A stretch of DNA of 64,000 nucleotides, taken from Flaccisagitta enflata (lineage: Eukaryota). The notes beneath the pieces were generated by a model. That model had not been told where the DNA came from. It saw only the letters and a program-made list of their open reading frames with translations, and did not search any database. The translations under genes were made by a program, and so were the position numbers. The stretch covers positions 13,206,001-13,270,000 of the forward strand of contig OZ231126.1 in NCBI GenBank assembly GCA_965153355.1, given 5' to 3'. Below, in pieces: positions 1 to 12,873 of this stretch. Position 1 is the stretch's first letter, and each line of letters opens with the position of its first letter.

Positions 1-427
1 TCTATGTGTTGCCTTGTAAAACGTGGAGAAAACTTCCATAGGATTATAAGAGGATCATTTGCTCACTTATACAAAAATCTAAATGTTTACTATAACTATA
101 CACTCATCGATACAAGCTTGTAATTATATGTAAAAAGTCATGCTATTAACTTAGTGAGACCAGTCTCTGACACTGAATTACAATCAACGAAACCATCATC
201 TCGTCTAGAAATAGAATGATCGAAATCAGGCCCCATTTTCTCCATTTTCAACCCACAGTAAAGAATCTAAGATTTTAATGTCTTTTGTTTCTGATTCATG
301 GCCAAAACATTTTGAAAGAAAATACCATCAAATTGGATTTCACGGTGAAGAGAGATGGGTGACAAAGTGTCATCGTCATCGTCGTTGTCATCGTCGTCAT
401 CGTTGTCATCTTCATCACCATCGTCAT

Positions 428-618
<191 letters not shown>

Positions 619-633
619 CTCCGTTTGTCGTTG

Positions 634-1515
634 TTAGTAGTCCTTGCGTCTTTCTTTGATGTTATCGCAGGTGAATTTCCCATCGGCTGTCCTTGTCAAA
701 CAATGACCCAATTTCTCGATGTGATGAATTTCGGCCAAATCTTCCATTCGGGCTCCAATACCTGGACAATGAATCGAAGACACGAACGAATGAAGCTAAC
801 GTATTTTGGTCCCTTATTACCATGACAACATCAACAACAACAACAACATCAAACCTTCGTGATCGTAATCTTCGTCTTCCGGCGCTGTGATTGGCTGTTC
901 CGACCACCAATGAAAACACTCCGTTTTTTCACTCCCGATTTCAGCGCTTCCTTTTACTTCCTCACTTCCTCCGCCATTCGTGTATTTTGCTGCGCCATTC
1001 CTGACCTCGTTCCCGGCTTTCCCCGCGCCCATTTTGGCGTTATTTCCGGTTTTGACGTTGGATTTGACGTTGGCGCCACCAGATTGGGCGTCACTTTTGA
1101 CGCTGCCGTCGCTGTTAAGGTCGGTCTGGACGGCGCCAATCGACTGATTGGGTTTGGGTTCGATTCGACATCAATGATTGAGTTGATTTTTTTTATGTTC
1201 GAGACTAACGTAAGGTTTACACAAATAAGAACACTTGCATTCGAAATGCCAACTGCCAACCTCTTGCGATTTGTAAGGCGAACGATGGGTTAAGACAAAC
1301 GAACAATGTATGCCTACAAAGCATAAACCTTTTACAATCGGTATGGCAATATGTTGTAACACGCAAAGCAAAAACCTTTTGCGACTTGTAAGGCGATGGT
1401 ACCGCTTTGGGCAATTTGTCTGTGAGATTTCTTCCGTTTGGACGACCCAAATTATCAAAAGTCAAAATCGGGAAAGCAGACTTCGGACCGATGATTGGGC
1501 ACACTTGACAAATGC
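634..1515 (-). CDS. 3' coding exons of a spliced gene, copy A: 1515-1376, 1143-855, 761-634 (stop TAA). Function unknown; may continue the HOATZ-like gene.
   Basis: AG/GT boundaries with compatible phases (1/0, 0/1, 1/stop) give GICQVCPIIGPKSAFPILTFDNLGRP...KSQK | SIGAVQTDLN...EDYDHE | GIGARMEDLAEIHHIEKLGHCLTRTADGKFTCDNIKERRKDY*. Exon lengths (140, 289, 128) equal those in copy B. The three differences seen in the 140-nt exon are synonymous. Confidence 0.7.
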
Positions 1516-1830
1516 CTACGAAGAAGAAGACAATGAGGGGGCTAGGGGGATGATTGGTCACACTTGAACAATGCCTTCAATGAAAAAGAAGAAGACAATG
1601 AAGGGAGTGGGTGATAATAGGACACACTTGACAAATGTCCACGAAGAAGAAGACAATGAGGGGGGTGGGGGGGGGGGGTGATTGGACACACTTGACAAAT
1701 GCCTACGAAGAAGAAGACAGTGAGGGGGGTGGGGAAATGATCGGACACACTTGACAAATGCCTATGAAGAAGAAGACATTGAGGGGGGTGGGGGGATGAC
1801 TGCACACACTTGACAAATTCCTTCAATGAA
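1490..1830. repeat. ~60-bp minisatellite, about 6 units (about 8 in copy B, 47785-48250)
   Basis: Repeating gacacacttgacaaatgcctacgaagaagaagacaatgagggggg... Confidence 0.9.
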
Positions 1831-1939
1831 GGGGGGGAAGTGAACAAAAAGTAGGTAAGGAGGATTGTTGGAGATGAGGATCGGGGGTGGCCGGTGGGTG
1901 GGTTAGAGTCGTGTGCACCCGTTCTGCGCGCGAAAAAGC

Positions 1940-2128
1940 GAAATCACTTGGTCACCTGCTTCGTTAATTCACACACATACCGCTCATTCCGCTCACTCGA
2001 TCCACTGCGCTCCACTTTACTAAGCTTGCTTCGTTCGCTCATTCAGTTCATGGGTTCGCTCTCTCACTTCACTGTAATCTTGATAAACGGGAATGAAACT
2101 GTTGTCGTCACTAAAGACACGCCCCTTA
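1940..2128 (-). mobile_element. Degenerate PIF/Harbinger-like MITE related to 34157-34431
   Basis: Ends cactaaagacacgcccc-tta. The internal cgctc-rich blocks match the reverse complement of 34157-34431. Confidence 0.55.
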
Positions 2129-2158
2129 TCTTGGGTACTGTTTTCGAATTCGGTGATG

Positions 2159-2349
2159 TCTTTTGTCTTATGGATTTTCTAAGCGGGTTTTTTATTTAGG
2201 GGTAGGGTTAGGGTTGGGGGTGGTTTTAGGGTTAGGGTTAGGGTTAGGGCTAGCGTTAGGGCTAGGTTGGCTGGGTTTTATACATTTCAACCCGAATATA
2301 CTCGATTTAAAGCTTCGCCCAAGCGGGAAAACCCGAAAGAAACAAAAGA
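2159..2349. mobile_element. Small TIR element carrying a degenerate (TTAGGG)n tract (copy B 49330-49520)
   Basis: Imperfect inverted ends tcttttgtctta(t/c)ggattttc / gaaaacccgaaagaaacaaaaga; ttaggg repeats at 2196-2270. No clear TSD. Confidence 0.55.
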
Positions 2350-2814
2350 TCTGTATCGTCTTATAATTTTTTTCCTTATCTTGTCTTGCCTCTAAGGGTA
2401 TGGTTTTTTAATCAATATTGCTAGTGTCAGTACTTCCACCAGTTCATTAGTAATCTTTGATTGTTACCTTTGTAAGATATTTAGTGTATACTTTATGGTA
2501 TAGGATTGCCCACCCTATGCTAACGAGGTATGCAGTCAAGCTGAAAGTTTTGTAAGGTGAGCTCTTTTATTGATTAGTAAAGGATAGTTGTGAGCAATCT
2601 GGAGTAAACACCATTGAAAGCTTGCAAGGCTTTCATCCTTTGTTAATTGGAGAATTCTGGCCTCCTTTTATAAGGGCAATGTTGTTTCAACTTTCATGAG
2701 TTTACTGGTATTGTGCCCCTGTATCTTACATTGACTTCAATCACTCAACGAGCTCACTTTCATTTGTTAAGGTGCCCTCTCACATCTTATCTTCATCTCA
2801 AACAGCAAACTGAC

Positions 2815-4169
2815 CGATGTTTTTCCTTCGCATTTCCGTGGGTAGGAATCCAGGTTCCGGTTGCGTCCGATCTTTTTCTCTTTTTTCTTTCTTTAGCTTC
2901 GTTTTTGCCAGTTTCGTCTCTGCGAAGATTTTTTCCAACTGAGGCTTCATCGTCGCCATCACCCAGTCGGGAACCGGACGCTGAGTAGGGAATCACGACC
3001 CAGGCATTCAAATTGTGGAAAAGCGGAAAGCGGCGTTTCTCGGAAATGTTTAATATCCCTTTAATGTTCTCTATATAAAACACATATGCTTCTCGGAAGC
3101 TTGGAAGAATTTGAACCCCTGTCACGACCTTTATGATTATTGACATTCTTGAAAGGAAGTCCTTGTACAATAAGACCAATTAGATATTTGAGTCTGGTTA
3201 ATCATGGTTTTATTGTTTAACTTCCTGAAACATTGTACTAGCCTTCTTCTTATCGCCGCGGCAATGGCCGCAACACCCAAATCTGGAAGCACTACTGCAA
3301 CATGATTCCCGCGAGTGAATACAGCAACAGCGTACTTGTTGCGTAGACTCAACGCTACAATGACAAAGACCACTCAGCTGAACCGCCTTCGGCCTCCTGA
3401 TTGATACAATGTTGTCCGAACTGAGTGGGCAATTGATTGATCAACACGATCATGAACGGAGTTTGTTTTTACATGAAAGAGTTGCTCTTGAATTTCGCGC
3501 GATTGTTTGTCTTCTTCCGTTTCATCATCTTGATCCCGTGACTTGGATTGTTTCTTCTCTTTCTTTCTCCCAGTAGGTCTCTTTTCGGCGTTTTGACCTG
3601 ATAGACGCCAAAAGAAGAGACACTAATTAATATCGGGATTGTGGATGAAACTGCATTAATATGGGGATTGTGGATGAAACGAAAAAGCAAGCGTAGAAAC
3701 GAACGCATAATACCCAAGGAGTCATAAGCCTGAAATGCGCGAAATAAAAGGGACGTTGAGTGGAATGGTGGACACGTGAACGAGGCGCAATCGACCCAAA
3801 AACAAAGAATTTTAAAAACCACTTTCTTGATGGGTCTAAAGATGTACAAAATTGACTAAAGGACGAACAATTCTGAACAATCTTTTTTTTTTTTGCGTGT
3901 AAAGTTGAATACGATTGATTCGAAGATAAACAATTTCACCTCTTTCTCGGTGCGTCTAAGAATGTTCTCAATTGAACAGCTCTTTCTTTATGCGTATTAA
4001 GTTGTATACAATTGACTCAAGAATGAACAATTTCACCTCGTTCACGATGCGTGTAAAGTTGGATTGAGTCCCAAAATCTTTTTGCTGCTTCTCTCTCTTC
4101 CGGTGATGAGGCCTCCGCGCTCAATGGATCGAAATCAACGTAATCCTGATGTGTAACCAAATTAGACAT
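2815..4169 (-). CDS. HOATZ-like (cilia/flagella-associated) gene, exons 1-4 in copy A: 4169-4037, 3597-3387, 3354-3336, 2980-2815
   Basis: Exon 1 reads MSNLVTHQDYVDFDPLSAEASSPEEREAAKRFWDSIQLYTHRER; it has six A/B codon differences, all synonymous, while in-frame changes upstream of this ATG alter residues. SSxE...AKxFWxS..Y resembles the recalled HOATZ motif SSEQDANLAKQFWISASMY. Exon phases are compatible (1, 2, 0, 1). Confidence 0.68.
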
Positions 4170-4841
4170 AATATACGTGGGGAGGGTAGGGGCTTGGGCA
4201 CCGAATAGACGATCCACTGAGAGTTCAGCGGCTGCATCACAGCTCTCGTCCCAGCAAAACGTCACAGGATATTACAAAACAACTTCGTCGAGTTTCTATT
4301 TCCTGTGGGTTAAGAAAAAGCCAACTCACTTCTTTTTGACACCATGTCTTATATCCCAGATCCATGATTTCCAAATCAGCCCCTCGCTGGAAAAAGTATT
4401 TCGGTTTTAGGGGAAACGCACTAAAGGAGAAAAGAATGAGTTCAATTTATTGAAGGTTTTCAGATAGAATTTGAGTGGAGTCGGCACATACGGCATTATG
4501 CAAATTAGGTTGGAACAGCGTAATTGCAAATGGGTCAGTGCTAGTTTTCTTGCGATCGCAAATGAAATCATAGATGGGTATCCGGCCAGCCAATTGGACA
4601 ATGGATATATTAAATGTTCATCTGCTAATAGCAGTGCTATGTCAGTCGGTCTGGCCATCAAGCCGTCCGTCTGTCTGTCGCCGTTTGCTTTTTTGGCGTG
4701 TGTGTGCACCTTTTGAATCACTGCCCCTACACACCCGCACGCGACTTCTTATAAGTCATGATTACAAGCGTAAACTATTTCTTGGTAGGTTCCTAGGTGG
4801 GTGTCTCGGTCTTTTGTTCAATCTCTGTCTGTCTGTCTGTT

Positions 4842-4978
<137 letters not shown>

Positions 4979-5154
4979 TTCTTTTTTTCTCCCCACCCGT
5001 TTTCGCCTTTAACTTGGCTGGATCACAAATCTCCACTTTGGCTCTGAGGCAGAGAAAGCAAAGAAGGCAAAGATACACGAGTTTGCAAATTGGTCTATTT
5101 CAACGGAAGCTTCTCTTAGCCTTTCTCCCCTCGTTGCTGCGAGAGAAAGAGGAA

Positions 5155-5222
<68 letters not shown>

Positions 5223-5637
5223 AAAAAAACAGAGAGTTTCAGAGACAGACAGAAAAGAAAACAAATTTCAGAGACAGCGAAAGACAGACAGGGAGAGACA
5301 GAAACAGTAAAAAAGAAAAATTTCAGAAACCCCGTTGGAATGCAGTTGGTGAGTATACTCCTAAGTTTATAAACATTAGTTGACTATTTTTGCACTGCTC
5401 AGTCGTTTGGATTTCTCTTTCACAGCATAAGCAGATAAACTTAGTATTTATGCCCCTGCTGCATATCATGGCAGTCCAATCTCAGTTGTCCCATTGAATC
5501 TGCCGCCTAGTGCCTACTGGTGAAACAAATAACATAAGCGAATCTTTCTTTATTTTTGACATAAAAAAGCTGGATACACAGTAATCCTGTTGTGGACAGG
5601 TTGGAAGGACCAGTAACACAAAAACCGCTTGCATTTC

Positions 5638-6199
5638 AACAAGGCCGGATACACTAGGGTGACTTAAAATATGGTCAAATCCGAATCTCGTCTTCCTTGC
5701 GGGAGAAATGTGACCATTTCCATCATAGATGGTAACTCTAAAATCTGGAGATGATCAGACAAAGTTTACTCATGGCCGCAACCCCACCCCATTCCCATTA
5801 TAAAAGATAGGAAGCTGCAGAGGCCAAAATCCTTCCTGTATATTTTCTATGGGAAATGAGGGGGGGTTGCGGCCATGAGTAAACTTCATTTGATTGCCAC
5901 CAGATTTTAGGGTTATCATCTGTGATGGAAATGGTATCATTTCTCCCGCGAGGGAGACCAGATTCAAATATGACCATATTTTCAGTCACTCTAGGATACA
6001 CGGCCAATACCAGTCGCAAACGGGTGGGCAGGGGCGGAAATGCGTGTTTTCAAACTTTCCAACTCGATCACCACGGACCGACCAACCAACCAACCGACGG
6101 ACGGACGGACGGACGGACGGACAGACGGACGGACGGACGGACGGACGGACGGACGGACGGACAAAAACTCTTAAAGAGTCGCTAGTCCGCGACTAAAAA
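5638..6199 (-). mobile_element. Helentron/DINE-1-like non-autonomous element (HINE), copy A only
   Basis: 5' ttttagtcgcg...gcgactc hairpin, (GTCC)n and 3' ggcc..ggccttgtt stem. The empty A-tract site is at about 53803 in copy B. Confidence 0.85.
5655..5993. mobile_element. Foldback hAT-type MITE nested in the HINE
   Basis: 8-bp TSD ggatacac (5647-5654, 5994-6001); long imperfect TIRs (about 135 bp) starting TAG(G/A)GTGACT. Confidence 0.92.
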
Positions 6200-6499
6200 T
6201 GTTACGGATGGACCTAGGGACTCATGGACTTATTGATGGATGAACCAAGTCGTAGAGTCTAAAATAAAACACAATACAGCCTTCTTGATTTTTGCAACAA
6301 ACCAGTAAAAAGCAGACCAATTGTTGGAATGCAAAACAAATTTTCCTATTAAGATCTTTACACAATAACTTGAAGTAGTCACTTGCTGAATAGCAAACTA
6401 GCTGTTTCTACCGAGATCTCTGCAGCATAAGTGGAGGCAGCCACCTACAGGCGGGCAGAGAAAGTGTTTTTAGGATCAAAGGCCATCCGACATTTGCGC

Positions 6500-6591
<92 letters not shown>

Positions 6592-7012
6592 ACCATTTGT
6601 GCCGAGTTTCGTGCGGCCTCAACATCCATTCAAGTTTTTATCTCAGCGGAAAAGACTTCCAGATAGCACCATTGGGACCATAGGCACAGTAATCCACCGT
6701 TGGGACAATTCTCACAGTGATCCACACCTGTAGAATGATCCACGATTGGGACCATAGGCACAGTAATCCACCGTTGGGACAATTCTCACAGTGATCCACG
6801 ACTGCAGAATGATCAGTTGGTACAATGATCCACTATTGGCATACCACTGCCACCTTTGTCTCAATGTTCAACCGTTGGTACTATTCCAAGGAAATTCACT
6901 TTTGGAATAACCTGCAATTGTGGACACTTGGCAACAATTGCACTGTTAATTAAAACTCACATGGACATTATCATAGCCACAAAATCCTATTGACCTTTGC
7001 TTGGTAAACACC

Positions 7013-7217
7013 TTTTTTAGTCGCGTGCTACACCACTCTAGTCTCTGCACCCCGCTATATCAGCATATTCTTTCCTTATTTGGTCCCCTTTTTACTTTTT
7101 CGGCGTTTTTTAGCTTTTTGAGCTTACTGCTCCTTACCAGATGCCTCGGTCGAATTTCTCCAGAACTGCTCCTGCCCACCTACACTCGACTGGGGAAGCC
7201 GTGTATCCGGCCTTGTT
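7013..7217 (+). mobile_element. HINE (its counterpart hosts the nested cluster in copy B)
   Basis: ttttttagtcgcgtgcta start and gccgtgtatccggccttgtt end. Confidence 0.8.
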
Positions 7218-7454
7218 CATATTTTATTCGCTCTACTGTCTACAAGGTGTAACTCTAACTCAACAATGTAGACATTCTAACGTCACTCACTAGTTTCAAC
7301 GCTAACTTTGTTTTTTTCACACCACAAGTCTCCTTTCTCCCTCGCCCTTGAGAGACGGAGAAAGTCAAGCTGGAGACTTCCTTTTTTGCTCCGGTGGGCA
7401 GGTTAAAATGGAAAGTGGGCAGGGGAAGAGGAGGAGAGGGAAGAGGAAGATGAG

Positions 7455-8207
<753 letters not shown>

Positions 8208-8368
8208 AAGATGAGGAAGAGGAGGAGGAAGAGAAGGTTGAAATGGAAATTGGGCAGGATAAGATGGAAAGTCCATACGTTTTGTGGAACCAAAGATCTG
8301 CGCCTTAAACGAAACTCATTTGTCTCTCTCACACCAACGGACGTGCTGCTAGCCATTTCTCCTCGCTT

Positions 8369-8451
<83 letters not shown>

Positions 8452-8876
8452 GTTTCTCCTGCTTTCCTTAAACCATTATCAACACTACCACTAATGCTTT
8501 AACACCACCACCATCATATCAACGGTTTTCCCCTCGTTCCTACTAACCTACCTTACTACAAGCTGATCAACACTAATTCATCGATTTTTTTCAATATTAC
8601 ATTTTTCTGTCAGTATAGTTTTGTATTTAGTGCGAATAGCTTTCTCATTAAAGTTTACTATTATTTCTTTTACTTATATCTGAGGTAAGGCTCATAACCT
8701 TTCACTGACTTCGTAATGGCATCCGTTTATTTTGGCATTTATATTTGTTGATCGGTGATGTCATCATTTTCGGGTGTATCATCTTAGTTTAATCGACCCC
8801 ACTTTTTAATCTGGAAAAGCTACTAAAGGTCCAAAAATGATGTATTCGTGACGATGCACTTATCCCAACGAGTATA

Positions 8877-9713
8877 CCAGTAATGGCGGCTGTCGCCGTG
8901 AGGAAAAAAGTCGTAAGCGTTGTTCACTTTTCATCAAACTTTTGTTTTCAGTCATTGCAACTTTTTATTTGTTAGATCAAATTAAGAGAAATTGTATATA
9001 GTGGTTGCACTGAAAATCAGAGAAAAATAGGACTGAGCCAAATGAGCTAGATGAGCTAAAATATTCAAAATCACTCAACTACACAACCAGCTATGCTTAC
9101 TGATATGCTTTCTTGTATTTGCATGCTTAAATCAAAACATTTATTTACTAATTGGTTTTGAAATAAAAAAAAAGAGCAAGCTAAATGAGCTAAATGAGCT
9201 AGAATATTTAATAACACCCTCACAGATGAGCAGCTCTGCTCACTGACATGCTTTCTTGTATTTGCTTGCTTAAACATCTATCAATATATTTGCTTATTTA
9301 CTGCATTTGAAAAAAAAACTGAGCTAAGTGAGTTAAATGAGCTAAAATGCTCAAAATCACCCTCACACATGAGCAGCTATGCGCATAAACATGTTTTTAT
9401 GTATTTGCATGCTTAACCAAACTTAGATACACTCCTTTATTGATCCTACACAAAATCATAAAAAATCGAAAAAAAATCAATTGGAATTTTTCGTAAATAA
9501 ATCTTTAAAAATTCAAAACGCGAAAAATATTTGTCCCAGAGACTTCTGCTTAGCGCCAAATGAAAGAGAATTATCAAATTTACTTTCCCTATCAATTTCA
9601 GCGGAGGCCTCAATCGCCCTAAGGAGTTCCTAAACTTCCTCATAAGAAAATGAAAACCCTGTTTCTCTCGAATATGTCAAAAAGTCGAAGACTGACTTCG
9701 ACTTTTTTCCCGA
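8877..9713 (-). mobile_element. Non-autonomous Helitron, copy A only
   Basis: Minus strand begins TC and ends CTGG, with hairpin GGCG-ACAGC-CGCC 9 nt from the end. Inserted at A|T with no TSD (empty site gagtata|taattg at about 60199). Three internal ~140-bp tandem units (9030-9420). Confidence 0.88.
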
Positions 9714-10691
9714 TAATTGAGGCTTATGCGAACACTATGATATTTAAGCAATACAACTAACGTTGAATCTCGATAACCTTCTAACCCCCTAATGGTCGAC
9801 CTGGGACTGTAACATGGTAATGGCTGTATCATTGCAATGGGTAGTTTGGCAGAATTGCAGAAATGTGGTTAATAGGAGGGGAGGGGGAAGGTATTAGTTT
9901 GTCGGGGGTTAAATAAGTTGTATTGCTATAATATCAATTGTGACTTAATGTACTGTGGGGGGGGGGGAGTTTAATGAATGGTATGTGGCAATGTAGTATT
10001 AGTTTATAATGGCAACGTCTGTTTTAGAACAGGGAGGTGTAAATTGGGGACAAGATGTCAGGTTTTCAGGGAAAACGGGGGTCGGGTTTAGATGAGGGTG
10101 GTAGACAGGCTGCTTGAGGCAGAATGTTCTGGTTTGGGTTCTGAAAAAAAGGGGTTTGGGGGTGCGAAGAGAAATGAGACTGGAGCTTTTGGTGCCTCCT
10201 TAGTTTCCCATCTTCACTATATCATGCTTACTCGCTCTGCCATTGCAGACAATTGTATAAACTGAGGGTGGAATTTCATCTTAATAAAACGTGAAGAAAA
10301 TGGAGACATGGATGCGGGAAAAGTTGTAAGAAGTGGAAGCAGAAATGCAAAAGCAGAAGTGAAGAATGTACAACATCTAGTACAAGTGGTAGAAATTTGG
10401 AATAGAAAGATGATGAAGTAGGAATGTTGGCTGGAAAGTGATTTGCCGCTCCCACATCGTTTAGAGAGCCTTTATTTATTCATTCTAGGATCAGGTAAAT
10501 GTCAATTCATATCCTTCGCCATTTGACAACATACTCTCCCAGAGTGAGGCGTATATCTGTTTACATTTGGTAGCCCATTCATTTCCGAACTCACGGAACA
10601 ATATTCATCCCCTCCAAAGTTCATCTGGTCTTGTTCCAAATGCTCTCCTTTTCTCTCCCTGTCTCTCTCTGTCTCTGTCTCTGTCTCTGTT

Positions 10692-10727
<36 letters not shown>

Positions 10728-11654
10728 CGCATTACATACACAAGCCACACATTTCATTTTATTATCCCCTCTCACCTTACGCCCAAATACATCACAATGA
10801 AATGTAACTACATCTTCCCAAAAGAAACGACTTCTTTTTAGGACTTGAAAAAGTCTCAGGTTTGGCGCGCATAAATTTCCGCATTCTGTGACTCATCAGT
10901 AAATCTATGACGTTAAAAATGACGAAAATGGCTAATCAAAAAATGTTACCGATAGACGGACGAACTGACCGTTCGACGGACCAACATAACGCGTCGTGTA
11001 CATGCAATTGAAAACTGATTTTCTCCAAAGACGCTTTCTGTTGACTTAACAACTCTTACAAACGCGACTGGTCTTTTTCTGGTCTCCCTTAAATGCCACG
11101 AACCCAAATTACCCCCTGCTATGGATTCCCTCTGGCGTATTTGTCACCCAACCATCATTCATTACTTCAGTCACCCAAAATATGATTCAACCTCAACCCA
11201 ACCGTCCACATTGTGGACTCCACAATCCATCCAACCCTTCCCCTTTCTTTTTATTCATCTTGTTCATCACCCGTCCTGTTTTGTCTCTCTCATCGTGCCA
11301 ACGCGTCGAACCCCCGCTTGCTACAGATCTGCTCTGCTAATTTCGTTACCTCGACCTAGCTCCCCGATAGACCTTATCGCATTCATTATTCATACAAGGT
11401 ATACAGTTAATCCCATTTTACCACCGAATGATTACATCCAAGCTGTCACCTGCAAATCTCCGCCAAAAATGATACTCGTCATCTCCCTTCACTCATTACT
11501 AATCCGCCCCCCCCCCCCCCCCCCGTGACTTACCCTTTCCTCCTAGCATCCCTCATTGCGGTCAGGCTCCAACTTACCACTTGTCCCTGTGATTAACTCA
11601 CCCGTCACCCACCCTCCCGTCACCTTCTATTTGAGCAGCCGTCACTGCAGCCTT

Positions 11655-11966
11655 CACCCTACCATCCATCGCCGGACACATCCCACCCACTACCCACCCA
11701 CCTGTCAACTTCACCCACCAACCTATCATTGTCACCCACACACCCATCACCTTTTCTTTGAGTGGCCTTCGCCGCAGTAGTTGGCAAGGTAACAGTCTTA
11801 GATTCACTGTCACCCTACCATCCATCGCCGGAAACCTCCCACCCACTACCCACCCACCCGTCAACTTCACCCAATCACCCATCACCGTCACCCACACACC
11901 CATCACCTTTTCTTCGAGTGGCCTTCACCGCAGTAGTTGGCAAGGTAACAGTCTTGGTTTCACCCA
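11655..11966. repeat. 156-bp tandem duplication (2 units; also in copy B at about 62130-62445)
   Basis: caccctaccatccatcgccgg...gcagtagttggcaaggtaacagtctt starts at both 11655 and 11811. Confidence 0.9.
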
Positions 11967-12034
11967 CCCATGAATGTCAGCGTTCTTCGACCGGAATTTG
12001 CTCGGTAAATCTCAGACAATCTCTGTTTCTCTGA

Positions 12035-12088
<54 letters not shown>

Positions 12089-12130
12089 TTGTCTCTGTTT
12101 GTCTGTCTGTCGGTCTGTTTCTGCGGTCTG

Positions 12131-12237
<107 letters not shown>

Positions 12238-12454
12238 TTGACGCTGTCTGACTGATCATCTGTCTGTCCATTTCTCCGCCTGACTTCATGTTTCTCTCCG
12301 TCTCTCTGTCCTTCTGTCTATCTGTCTTGTGAGTCTGTGTGTCTATCCATCTGTCTATCAATTAATTCTATTGGTTTGTCTGTATCTCCGTTCCTCTGTT
12401 CATCGGACTCTTTCTCTCTTCCTTTGCAATGCACATGTACTCGCAAGTGTGACT

Positions 12455-12873
12455 TTTTTTGGGTAGCGGCCCCAAAGGGTCGATGTCCTGTAAAATACAG
12501 CCGGGAATTTCCAGGCATCTGTCCTTCCATCAGCCCCCCCCCTTAAACTAGTCTGCCCAGGCCTCAAATCTGCCCTCCAGGCTTCCTAATTAGCCCCCTG
12601 TGCCTCAAATCTGCCCTCCAGACATTCAGTCGGCCCTCCAAGCTTAAAATCAACCTTCCAGCCTTCTAATATGCCTTCAGTGGCCTAAATCACTCTTCTA
12701 AGGACTGAAATATGTCCCCTTAGGACGTCTGGAAATGCACCCCTGTGTTTTAAAGGACATTGGTTCTCTGGGGCCACTGCCCTGCTCTTATTCTACTTCT
12801 TTACTGGATCACTCCAAGTCCAAGCAGGGCATCGAGTACCGCTGACCATATACGATCCTTGGATGACTGGTTT
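12455..12873 (+). mobile_element. GGGCAGCGG-family Helentron-like element (counterpart 62838 to window end)
   Basis: T-tract start, asymmetric inverted repeat, internal ~21-bp repeats, 3' gagtaccgctgacca plus atccttggat hairpin. Confidence 0.8.

Noticed and set aside
855-900. Cadherin cytoplasmic motif (YDHEGIG vs YDYEGSG)
   Set aside because: The similarity covers only a few residues; no Ser cluster, transmembrane segment or cadherin repeats are present.
2196-2270. True telomere or chromosome fusion site
   Set aside because: The tract is short, degenerate and enclosed in a TIR element.
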